From Thermoplasmata archaeon (GTDB taxonomy: Archaea > Thermoplasmatota > Thermoplasmata > Lutacidiplasmatales > UBA184): a stretch of 41,703 nucleotides of DNA. Below, piece by piece: positions 9,051 to 17,206 of the stretch. Positions within the stretch are counted from its first letter, which is position 1; the number at the start of each line of letters is the position of its first letter. A model generated the notes under the pieces. The model saw only the letters and a program-made list of their open reading frames with translations. It had not been told where the DNA came from and ran no database searches. The translations under genes and the position numbers were made by a program. The stretch is taken from positions 1 through 41,703 of the forward strand of contig JASHQY010000010.1 in NCBI GenBank assembly GCA_030038885.1, written 5' to 3'.

Positions 9051-9844
9051 GCGCGCTCATTCCGGCGGGGCAGGTGCCGATCTCGGTCGCGCTCGTCGTC
9101 GTCAGCGGCGCCGTGGCGGTGGTCTTCTTCGCGATCGCGGACCGGCTCGCCCGTCGGCCGGTCTCCGAGAGCTCCCGCCTCGCCTCGTACCTGTTCGCCC
9201 TCTGGTGGATCGGGATCGGGACGTCGGTCGCGATCAACGCGGTGCTGGTCGGGCTCGCGCTCACCGACACGCTCCCGTTCCCGCTCGGGATCTCGATCTA
9301 CCTGGTGAGCCTGCTGGTCGACTGCGTCTTCCTCGCGGCGCTCGTCTCCGCCCTGACGTACGTCTACACGGGGTCGTACCATCTGCTCGAGATCGGCGGG
9401 TTCTACCTCGCGTTCTACGCGGTGCTCCTCGATTGGGCGCTCTCCCAATCGCCGGACGGGCTCTCCCTCCACGCGGGGGTCCCCGCGCTCGCGTTCACGG
9501 CCGCGGCGAATCCGGCGCTCACCGCGGCGGTCACGCTCGGCCTTCTCGTGCCGGGGGTCGCGGCCGCCGTCGCGTACCTCTCGCTCCTCCGGGAGACCGC
9601 CGATCGCTCGATCCGGTTCCGCATCGCGCTGGTCGGCGGAAGCATTCTGCTCTGGTTCGCCCTCGAGATCCTCGTTCCGTCCACGACCGCTTCGTGGGTG
9701 CTCACCCGGAGCGTGCTCGAGCTCGTCCCCGGGGGGTTGAGCCTCTTGGCCCTCATTCCGCCCGCGGGGGTGCGTCGCCGGTTCGGGGTGCCCGCCCCCG
9801 GCGGCAAGGAGGAGTACTACCGTCGTCGGCCGGCCGAGCGGTGA
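9047..9844 (+). CDS. Uncharacterised ~7-TM membrane protein, paralog 1 (putative sensor)
   Basis: About seven hydrophobic segments; colinear with 10028..10825 (both 265 aa). Confidence 0.8.
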   Translation: MSALIPAGQVPISVALVVVSGAVAVVFFAIADRLARRPVSESSRLASYLFALWWIGIGTSVAINAVLVGLALTDTLPFPLGISIYLVSLLVDCVFLAALVSALTYVYTGSYHLLEIGGFYLAFYAVLLDWALSQSPDGLSLHAGVPALAFTAAANPALTAAVTLGLLVPGVAAAVAYLSLLRETADRSIRFRIALVGGSILLWFALEILVPSTTASWVLTRSVLELVPGGLSLLALIPPAGVRRRFGVPAPGGKEEYYRRRPAER

Positions 9845-9974
9845 GGCCGCACGCCCACCCCCGGGGGGCGGACCTGCCGGCGTCTCGATAGTAAGATAAC
9901 CCGCGCCCGCGCCTATTCGTCACGCGGCACCCCCCCCGCTCCCCGCTCCCGGGGGACGCCGCGCCAGGTCGACG

Positions 9975-10031
9975 ATGGAGGCGTTCCGACCCTGCTGCGT
10001 CCCCCCGGTCCTCCGGACGAACGTCCCGTGA
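9975..10031 (+). other. Candidate uORF/leader peptide MEAFRPCCVPPVLRTNVP
   Basis: ATG 9975 to TGA 10029-10031, overlapping the GTG start of 7TM-2 (GTGA). Confidence 0.4.
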
Positions 10032-10825
10032 GCGCCTTGGTCCCCTCCTCCCAGCTCCCCTCCGCCGTGGCCATCGTCGTGGTGAGCCTCGGGGTCGCCG
10101 CGGTCTACGGGTTCGTCGGAGTGCGCCTCTATCGCCGGCCGATCGCGCCCGCCGCCCGGCTCGCCTCGACGCAGCTCGCCTTGTGGTGGGGAGGGCTCGG
10201 TGCGGTGACCGCGCTCGGCGGGATCCAGGTCGCGGTCGCCGTGGCCGGCGCGATGTCGTTCCCCCTGGCCCTGACGTTCTACCTGCTCAGCGTGCTGCTC
10301 GACTGCGCATTCCTCTGGGGCCTCGTCGGGTTCCTGACGTACGTGTACACCGGTCGATACCATCTGGTCGCCCTGAGCGGGTTCTACGCATGGTTCTACG
10401 TCACCGTGCTCTACTTCGTCTTCTCGAAGCAGCCCCACGCGGTCGCGATGGTCGGCGGCCAGGTCACGATCGAGTACCTCTCGGCCGTGGCTCCCGCGCT
10501 CACCGTGATCGTCGTGCTCGGCCTCCTGGGGCCCGAGATCGTCGGCGCGATCCTCTATCTGTCGCTGCTCCGGCGCACGCACGATGCCGCCCGGAGGTAC
10601 CGGATCTGGCTGGTCGGCGGTGGGATCCTGCTCTGGTTCCTCCTCGACCTCTTCGTTCCGTCCTCGACGGCCAACTGGACGATCGCCCGCGGCGTCCTGC
10701 AGGTCATCCCCGGGCTGATGAGCCTCATCGCGTTCTTCCCTCCCGAGTGGGCACGTCGCCGGTACGGCGTGACGGTGGTGTCGAGCTCCGAGGGATTGGC
10801 GGAGAAGGCCGCCGGTAGCCCATGA
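10028..10825 (+). CDS. Uncharacterised ~7-TM membrane protein, paralog 2 (putative sensor)
   Basis: Shares LWW.G.G, DC.FL..LV..LTYVYTG.YHL, RI.LVGG.ILLWF and PP...RRR.GV with paralog 1; stop overlaps kinase ATG (ATGA). Confidence 0.8.
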   Translation: MSALVPSSQLPSAVAIVVVSLGVAAVYGFVGVRLYRRPIAPAARLASTQLALWWGGLGAVTALGGIQVAVAVAGAMSFPLALTFYLLSVLLDCAFLWGLVGFLTYVYTGRYHLVALSGFYAWFYVTVLYFVFSKQPHAVAMVGGQVTIEYLSAVAPALTVIVVLGLLGPEIVGAILYLSLLRRTHDAARRYRIWLVGGGILLWFLLDLFVPSSTANWTIARGVLQVIPGLMSLIAFFPPEWARRRYGVTVVSSSEGLAEKAAGSP

Positions 10826-12147
10826 GCGGACGTCCGTCCCCGCCGGCCCGCGCCGAGCCGGAGGTCCCGCCGGTCGCCGCGCGTCGCGGGGGGTCGCCCC
10901 AACGCATCTGGCCGGTGCTCGCGGCCGGCCTCCTCGCCCGGCGACCGGCGCCGTCGGGGCTGTTCGACGATCAGACGCGGCTGCTCCTCGATCTTCCGCT
11001 CGGAGTGCTCCTCCTGGTCGATGACTCGGGTGTCGTGCGGTACGCGAACGTCGCGCTCGAGCGCTTCCTGGGCTACACCCCCCGCGAGGTCGTCGGGCGA
11101 CCGGCCGAGGAGCTGTTCGTCAGCGCGTCGCGTCCCGGCGTCCTCCGGCTCCTCGAATCCCACGTGCCCGGGGACCCGACCGCGTCCGGAGAATTCCGCG
11201 GGCTGCGCAAGAACGGCTCGGTCCTTCCCCTCCAGGTGGTCGTGCAGAGCGCGGTCGTCCCGGGCATGCAGGGGTCCAAGGTGACCGGCCTCTACCTCCG
11301 CGACTTCGCCGAGCGCGAGAAGCTGATCGAGGCGCTCGCCGGGCGGGCGGCCGAGCTCGCGCGCTCGAACCGCGAGCTGGAGCAGTTCTCGTACATCGCC
11401 TCGCACGACCTCCAGGAGCCGTTGCGGATGGTCGGCAGCTACACGCAGCTGCTCGAGCAGCGCTACGCCGCCCAGCTCGACGACGACGCGCGGGAGTTCA
11501 TCCGGTACGCGCAGGAGGGAGCGGCCCGGATGCGCCAGCTGATCGACGCGCTGCTCGCGTACTCCCGCATCGACACGCGCGGAGAGCCGTTCCGCCCGGT
11601 CGCGATGGACCAGGTCGTGTCGGTCGCGCTCGCGAACCTGCGCGAGTCGATCGCCGAGGCGAAGGCGATCGTCACTTCCGGGCCGCTCCCCGAGGTCACG
11701 GGGGACCCCGTGCAACTGGGCCAGGTCCTGCAGAACCTCCTCGGGAACGCGATCAAGTTCCGGGGGCCGAACCCCCCGCACATCGAGATCCGGGCCGAAC
11801 GCCACGGACCGGACTGGGTCTTCTCGGTCCACGACGACGGGATCGGGATCGCGCCCGAGTACCAGGACCGGATCTTCGTGATCTTCCAGCGCCTGCACAG
11901 CCGCGAGGAGTACCCCGGCACGGGGATCGGACTCGCGGTCTGCAAGAAGGTCGTCGAGCGCCACGGAGGCAAGCTCTGGGTCGAGAGCACCGGTCGGCCC
12001 GGCGAGGGATCGACCTTCCGCTTCACGATCCCCGTCGACCGGACGAAAGCCGCTCCGGTGCCCGTGCCGAAGGTCGATGCGATCTCGTCCGAGTCGAAGG
12101 CCGAGGCGCTGACGATGATCGAAGCTCGCCTCAAGGAACTGGTCTAG
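10822..12147 (+). CDS. Soluble PAS-domain sensor histidine kinase (Cph1/phytochrome-type HisKA module)
   Basis: PAS (YANVALERFLGY..EVVG, RKNGS); H-box SHDLQEPL; N-box QNLLGNAIKF; G1 DDGIGI; G2 GTGIGL; no TM segment. Confidence 0.93.
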   Translation: MSGRPSPPARAEPEVPPVAARRGGSPQRIWPVLAAGLLARRPAPSGLFDDQTRLLLDLPLGVLLLVDDSGVVRYANVALERFLGYTPREVVGRPAEELFVSASRPGVLRLLESHVPGDPTASGEFRGLRKNGSVLPLQVVVQSAVVPGMQGSKVTGLYLRDFAEREKLIEALAGRAAELARSNRELEQFSYIASHDLQEPLRMVGSYTQLLEQRYAAQLDDDAREFIRYAQEGAARMRQLIDALLAYSRIDTRGEPFRPVAMDQVVSVALANLRESIAEAKAIVTSGPLPEVTGDPVQLGQVLQNLLGNAIKFRGPNPPHIEIRAERHGPDWVFSVHDDGIGIAPEYQDRIFVIFQRLHSREEYPGTGIGLAVCKKVVERHGGKLWVESTGRPGEGSTFRFTIPVDRTKAAPVPVPKVDAISSESKAEALTMIEARLKELV

Positions 12148-12280
12148 CTCCGCGTCGACCGTATCCCTCGACGCTCGTCTCCCCCCGCCGTCCGGTCCGT
12201 GACTCGAGGTGGGCGCGAGCCCCCGTCCCGCGGCGGCTCCGGGCCACAAGACTTTACGCACGGACAGCGCTGGTCTCTGC

Positions 12281-12733
12281 ATGCCGATGGCCGAAGTGCC
12301 GGTCGCCCGCCCTGCCCAGATCCTGATCGTCGAGGACAACCCGGCGGATGCCCGGCTGGTCCGCGAGGTGATGCGCGACAGCAAGATCCTGAACGAGATC
12401 CACTGGGTGCCCGACGGCGTGGAGGCGATGGCGTTCCTCCGTCGGCAGGGAAAGTATCCGGACGCGCCGCGGCCGAACCTGATGTTCCTCGACCTCAACA
12501 TGCCGAGGAAGGACGGCCGCGAGGTGCTGCGGGAGATCAAGTCCGACCCCGATCTTCGCCGGATCCCGGTGGTCGTGATGACGTCCTCCCAGGCCGAGGA
12601 GGACATCGCGCGCGCGTACGACCACCACGCGAACTGCTACGTGCGCAAGCCGATCGACTTCGAGCAGTTCCACTCGGTCGTGAAGACGCTCGAGAACTTC
12701 TGGTTCTCCACGGTCGAGATCCCGACGCGGTAG
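12281..12733 (+). CDS. Single-domain response regulator, Rcp1-like
   Basis: ILIVEDN, DGVEAM.FL, FLDLNMPRKDG, MTSS, KP; TATA-like GACTTTAC about 25 nt upstream. Confidence 0.92.
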   Translation: MPMAEVPVARPAQILIVEDNPADARLVREVMRDSKILNEIHWVPDGVEAMAFLRRQGKYPDAPRPNLMFLDLNMPRKDGREVLREIKSDPDLRRIPVVVMTSSQAEEDIARAYDHHANCYVRKPIDFEQFHSVVKTLENFWFSTVEIPTR

Positions 12734-12758
12734 CGCGCGGACGCCGGGGTACCGACCG

Positions 12759-13853
12759 ATGGGGCCGCCGGCCGTACGGGTCCTGGTCGTCGACGACAAC
12801 CCCGGCGACGCGCGCCTGGTCGAGTGGAGCCTCGCGCACGAGCCCGACGGGACGTTCGAGTGCGCCCGGGCCGGACGCGTCGCTGAGGCGCTCGCGCTCC
12901 TCGATCGGCGTCCGGCCGACGCGGTCCTCCTCGACCTGGGGCTCCCGGACAGCACCGGAGCGGATGGCGTCCGACGGATCCGCTCCCGGGCGCCCGAGAC
13001 CGCGGTGGTCGTGCTGACCGGTTCCGACGACCCGCGGCGGGTCCGCGAGGCGCTCGCGGCCGGGGCCCAGGACTATCAGGTCAAGGGCGTGTTCCCGCGG
13101 GGCCATCTGTCGCGGGTGCTGCGCGCGGCGATCGCGTGCCAGCGCGTCGAGTCCGCGATCGGCCGCGGGGACCTTCCCGACCCGGAGCGCTGGGAGGCGC
13201 ACGTCGGAGGGGAGGCGCTCGCCCTGTTCGCGGACGGCCGCTCTCCGCTCGTGAGCGAAGCGTGGGTCCGCATCACCGGGGTCCCCCGCGACGGGTCGGC
13301 GGAGCACCGCGCGCGCCTCGCCGGCCTCCTCGCGGCCGGACCGGTGGGCGAGACCGAGGTCGAATCGCCCGGACAGGGCCGTCGGACCGTCGAGTACGTC
13401 GTGCGCACGTTCGGCGAGGGCGGGGCCGTCCGGCGCCTCGTCCGGCTGCGAGCGCCTCCGTCGGCTCCCGCCCCGTCGTCGGGGCGCGGGGCCCCCGACG
13501 GCGAGGCGGTCCTCGACGCGGCGGCGTGGGATCAGCTCCGCGAACTGGCCGGTGCCGATCCCTCGTTCCTGCCCGCGGTGATCGACGCGTTCCTGGAGGA
13601 GGGGTCCGCCCTGCTCGCCGAGCTCCGCGCGGCCGCGAGCGCGGGCGATCGGGGCGGGGTGGAGCGCGCCGCGCACCGGCTCAAGTCGGCGTGCGCCCAG
13701 GTCGGTGCGCTCGATCTCGCGCGCCGTCTCGGTCGCCTCGAGCGCGAGAGCGCAGGACCCGCCGAGGGAGATCTCGGTCCAGAGATCGCGGAGATCGCCG
13801 GGGGCTTCCCGGCCGTCGTCGCGGCGCTGAAGCTCCGGCGCCCGGTGCAGTGA
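12759..13853 (+). CDS. REC-Hpt phosphorelay protein
   Basis: N-terminal REC (VVDDN, LLDLGLPD, LTG, K); C-terminal Hpt (AAHRLKSACAQVGA). Confidence 0.87.
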   Translation: MGPPAVRVLVVDDNPGDARLVEWSLAHEPDGTFECARAGRVAEALALLDRRPADAVLLDLGLPDSTGADGVRRIRSRAPETAVVVLTGSDDPRRVREALAAGAQDYQVKGVFPRGHLSRVLRAAIACQRVESAIGRGDLPDPERWEAHVGGEALALFADGRSPLVSEAWVRITGVPRDGSAEHRARLAGLLAAGPVGETEVESPGQGRRTVEYVVRTFGEGGAVRRLVRLRAPPSAPAPSSGRGAPDGEAVLDAAAWDQLRELAGADPSFLPAVIDAFLEEGSALLAELRAAASAGDRGGVERAAHRLKSACAQVGALDLARRLGRLERESAGPAEGDLGPEIAEIAGGFPAVVAALKLRRPVQ

Positions 13854-13869
13854 CCTCGGGACGGTCCCG

Positions 13870-14322
13870 CTACGCGGCGCGCTCCTTCGCGACCTGCTGG
13901 AGGACCTCGCGGATCTGCGCGAGCCGGATCGGCTTGTGGAGGACCTCGAACGCCCCGGCCTTGATCAGCGCCTGGACCCGGGGGTCGTCGCTCGGGTTGC
14001 CGGTGCACACGACGACCGTGAGGTCCGGGCTCTTCCCGAGCATGTAGCGCGCGACGTCGTGGCCGCCCTGGTTGGGGTTCCGCGGCTGGTGGAGGAGATC
14101 GATCGGCCCCGGGCCCCGCGCCCCCGCCCCCTCCGAGAGCGAGATGTCGAGGAACACGACCTGCGGGTGGAACTGGTCGAACGCCGCGACCGCCTCGCTC
14201 GCCGAACCGGATTCTCGCACGCTCTCCGCCGGCACGCCCTCCTGGGAGAGCGCCTGCTTGATCGTCAATCGGACGGTCGGGGAGTCGTCCACGATGAGGT
14301 AGCGGAGCGAAGTCATGACCAC
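13870..14322 (-). CDS. Single-domain response regulator with a loop insertion
   Basis: IVDDS, FLD, VCTG, KP; roughly 17 extra residues after the phospho-acceptor Asp. Confidence 0.87.
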   Translation of the reverse strand: MVMTSLRYLIVDDSPTVRLTIKQALSQEGVPAESVRESGSASEAVAAFDQFHPQVVFLDISLSEGAGARGPGPIDLLHQPRNPNQGGHDVARYMLGKSPDLTVVVCTGNPSDDPRVQALIKAGAFEVLHKPIRLAQIREVLQQVAKERAA

Positions 14323-14442
14323 CGGCCCGGGACGCCCGGCGCGCGGACGCCCGTCGTGGAAGAAGGCCGTTCGCGGGTAATAGTTGCTTCGACGCCCCCG
14401 AAGGCCCGGCCCGGGTCGGCGCGTCCGGTCGAGGGGTGGCGC

Positions 14443-15966
14443 CTACACCACGCGCAAGAGCCCGTAGGGGGCATTGTCGTGACCTTCCGTGAGGACGAAC
14501 GTCGGCGTCCACGGGTCGGACCCGTGGAGGAAGATCCGCCCCTGGACCTGGCGGACGTGCAGCCGGAGCGCCGCGGTCGCGCGCAGGGGGTCGAGCAGGG
14601 GCGACTGGGACGAGCCGACCGCGATCGCGTGGATCGGGGAGCCGCGGACCGCCGCCTGGATCTGGCCCGGGAGGCGCTGCGCGATCTCCGGCGTGATCGC
14701 CATCCCCAGGGCGGTCGTGATCGCGACGAGGCCCTGGAGGAAGACGATGAACAGGCCGGGGGAGTCGGGGGTCGAGCCGGACCGCAGGAACTGGTCCATC
14801 CCGAGGTCGTCGGTCGGCGATACGGCGACCCCGTCGGCGGACGCGCCGAGTCGCACGATCGTCGACTCGAACTCCGACTTCCCCTCGTTCGGCCCGGCCG
14901 GGGGCAGGAGGAACCGCACCTGCTCGAGGAACCGGTGCCGCGCGATCGACCCGTGGAGGGCCTCCCACACGTCCTCGGGCAGCGTGCTCGCGTCGGGGAC
15001 GAAGATCACCCGGCCGTTCCGCTCGACCGTGTGCGCGAGCATCGGAGCGAGCAGGAGATGGGGGATCTGGTTCGGCACGTCCTTCTCGACCTCCACCAGC
15101 GTCGACTTGCCCAGCGGGAGCCGTCCGAAGCTGTCGGCGAACGCCCTCGACCCGGGCCAGAGAAGGCCGGGGAGCTGGTCGGGGGCGGGGTTGAACCGTC
15201 CCCCCTGCAACTGCCCGTACGGCCGGACCGGAACGATGCACTCGAAGTGGGCCGACTCGAGCGAGAACGGGTAGAGCGGGTTCTCGATCCGCACGCCCCG
15301 GAGCTTGAGGATCGTCAGCCACCGTTCGAGGCGGCCCTGCACGACCTCCCGGCTCGTGACGGCCACCCCGTTCACCAGGTAGTCGAGCTGGGTCTGGTCC
15401 TCGCGCTCGAGCACGAAGAGGACATGGGCGCGCACCCGGCCGAGGCGTCGGAGCAGCGAGCGTTCGATCTCCCCGCGGGTCGGGAGGTCCGCGCCGCCGT
15501 TCCCATGGCCGAGATAGGACTCGACCAGCGCCTCCCAGGAGTCGATGACGAGGAGCGACGGCTGCTGGGGATCGAGGCGGCTCCACGCCTCCTGGAGGGG
15601 ACCCGGGAGCCAGAGGAACTCCGTGAGCTCCCGGGTCGCGCTCGCGTCGTCGCTGAGCACGTTCCCCCCCGAGCGCAGCAGCGCTCGGGTCGCCTGCGAG
15701 AGGTCGGCGTTCTCGTCCGTGTTGTCGAGGACCTGGATCCCGTACCGTCCGTTCTGCCCCAACCAGGGGAACGCGAGCAGCACGTCGTCGCTCGGGACGC
15801 GATTCGTCACGAAGTGCCGCGCTCCCGCGAAGGACTGCAGCAGCGCGAGCGCGAGGCTGGTCTTGCCGGATCCGGGGGGTCCCCGCAGCAGCATCGACTG
15901 CGGTCCCGGGAGCTTGAGGAAGTCGACCAGCTCCCGTGGGATGGGTAGCGTCGCCCCCATGGCCAC
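14443..15966 (-). CDS. KaiC/GvpD-like RecA-superfamily ATPase (intact N-domain, degenerate C-domain)
   Basis: Walker A GPPGSGKT, Walker B LLVIDS, LDYLVNGV and RWLTILKLRG motifs; second half lacks a P-loop. Confidence 0.82.
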   Translation of the reverse strand: MAMGATLPIPRELVDFLKLPGPQSMLLRGPPGSGKTSLALALLQSFAGARHFVTNRVPSDDVLLAFPWLGQNGRYGIQVLDNTDENADLSQATRALLRSGGNVLSDDASATRELTEFLWLPGPLQEAWSRLDPQQPSLLVIDSWEALVESYLGHGNGGADLPTRGEIERSLLRRLGRVRAHVLFVLEREDQTQLDYLVNGVAVTSREVVQGRLERWLTILKLRGVRIENPLYPFSLESAHFECIVPVRPYGQLQGGRFNPAPDQLPGLLWPGSRAFADSFGRLPLGKSTLVEVEKDVPNQIPHLLLAPMLAHTVERNGRVIFVPDASTLPEDVWEALHGSIARHRFLEQVRFLLPPAGPNEGKSEFESTIVRLGASADGVAVSPTDDLGMDQFLRSGSTPDSPGLFIVFLQGLVAITTALGMAITPEIAQRLPGQIQAAVRGSPIHAIAVGSSQSPLLDPLRATAALRLHVRQVQGRIFLHGSDPWTPTFVLTEGHDNAPYGLLRVV

Positions 15967-16058
15967 CCGAACTATGCGTACCCCCCGTTAACAGGCTTTC
16001 GATGCGGAGGGGGCCGCGCGCCGATCGGACGCGGGCGGCGGAGGCAGGGGTCGGCGCC

Positions 16059-16349
16059 CTAGCACGCACCCCGGCTGACGACCTCCTCGCACGAGGAGGC
16101 GGGCGTGACCTCGAGGCTGCCGACCTGAGCGAACGGCCCGAGGTACTGGCGTACCGCGGCCTCGTTCGGTCCCTCGACGATCACGTAGAGATGGTGCTGG
16201 CCCCGCGCGACGGCATCCCCGACGAGGTGGAGGCCGGCCTTCGACGCGTTGGGGGCCGAGAGGATCTGCAGGAGGAACGGGGCCATCCGGGGGTCGCCCG
16301 CAGGGCAGTGGTCGGCGGCGTGACGGTGTTCCGCGACGAAGAGCGCCAT
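16059..16349 (-). CDS. Small DUF3303/GYD-like protein with H-x-H...CP motif
   Basis: MALFVAEHRH...CP, HHLYVIVE, EVTP pattern of a dimeric alpha/beta barrel. Confidence 0.65.
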   Translation of the reverse strand: MALFVAEHRHAADHCPAGDPRMAPFLLQILSAPNASKAGLHLVGDAVARGQHHLYVIVEGPNEAAVRQYLGPFAQVGSLEVTPASSCEEVVSRGAC

Positions 16350-16424
16350 GGCCGAACCGACACGGGAGGGGGTCTTGCCGCTGTCGATGCGCGCAGCGTT
16401 CCGGTCGGCCGGCAGGATCGGCCT

Positions 16425-17102
16425 CTATCGACGGGTCCCGGCACCGGCGCACGGAAAGCCGTCGAGGAACGACCACCAGGCGCCGATCGCTTCCCGCGCG
16501 GAGCGCAGCGCGATCGCCCGGTCGGACGGGGCGCGTCGCAGCTCCGCCTCGAGGATCGCGCGTTCGGCGCGCGAGTGCTCGACGTCCGCGCCCGTGTGGA
16601 CCCGGAAGAACTCGTGCGCCTTCGGGTCCGAGATCCCGTACATCGCACGGATCCCGCGGGACTTCTCGGCCGCGATCTCGGGGAAGATCGACTCGTACGA
16701 GTAGAGCGCGGCGAGCGCGCTGGCACTCCCCCAGGAGGTCAGCCGCTCGTAGGTGGACAGGAGCGCGCGGGTCGGCGCGGCCGGGCGCGCGCTCCGGGCC
16801 GCCCGGCGCGATACGCCGAGCCCCTCGGCAAAGTCGAGCCACAGTTCGGGATGGGTCGGGCTCCGTCCCTCCTCGTCGACGAGGTTGTCGAGCAGCACGC
16901 GGCGCTCGCTCGGATCGGCGAGGTGGGCGTAGGCCGCCGCGACGTAGCGCGGGAAGTTCGACTCGAAGTGGTAGTACTGGCCCGCGTACGACCTCAGGGT
17001 GTCGATCGACAGGTCGCCCCGGCTCCACGCGAGGTAGAACGGGTGCTTCAGCAGGTGGCGCTCGCGGAGCAGCTCATCGATCGGGGCAACGCGTCCGGGC
17101 AT
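16425..17102 (-). CDS. CADD-family heme-oxygenase-like dimetal enzyme (PqqC/TenA fold), putative pABA synthase
   Basis: LLKHPFYLAWSRG, YAGQYY, LLDNLVDEE, HPELW, LYSYES..PEIA.EK..G, FF.VH..ADVEH. Confidence 0.85.
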   Translation of the reverse strand: MPGRVAPIDELLRERHLLKHPFYLAWSRGDLSIDTLRSYAGQYYHFESNFPRYVAAAYAHLADPSERRVLLDNLVDEEGRSPTHPELWLDFAEGLGVSRRAARSARPAAPTRALLSTYERLTSWGSASALAALYSYESIFPEIAAEKSRGIRAMYGISDPKAHEFFRVHTGADVEHSRAERAILEAELRRAPSDRAIALRSAREAIGAWWSFLDGFPCAGAGTRR

Positions 17103-17206
17103 GCGCGAGGCAGGGAGTCGTCCTCTTTGTACGTTTCGGGCGCCGCGGCGGGCGCCGCCGACCATCGGCAGCGTATTGAACCCGTGGTCGGCTCGTACCG
17201 CCCACC

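Noticed and set aside
9047..10825. 7-TM proteins as microbial rhodopsins
   Set aside because: No Schiff-base Lys in the last helix and no RYxDW-type helix C motif
10822..12733. Phytochrome Cph1/Rcp1 light sensor
   Set aside because: The kinase and receiver are of that subtype, but no GAF/PHY bilin-binding module is present
14443..15966. Gas vesicle cluster or circadian clock
   Set aside because: No gvpA/C/N or kaiA/B in the window, and the second domain lacks a P-loop
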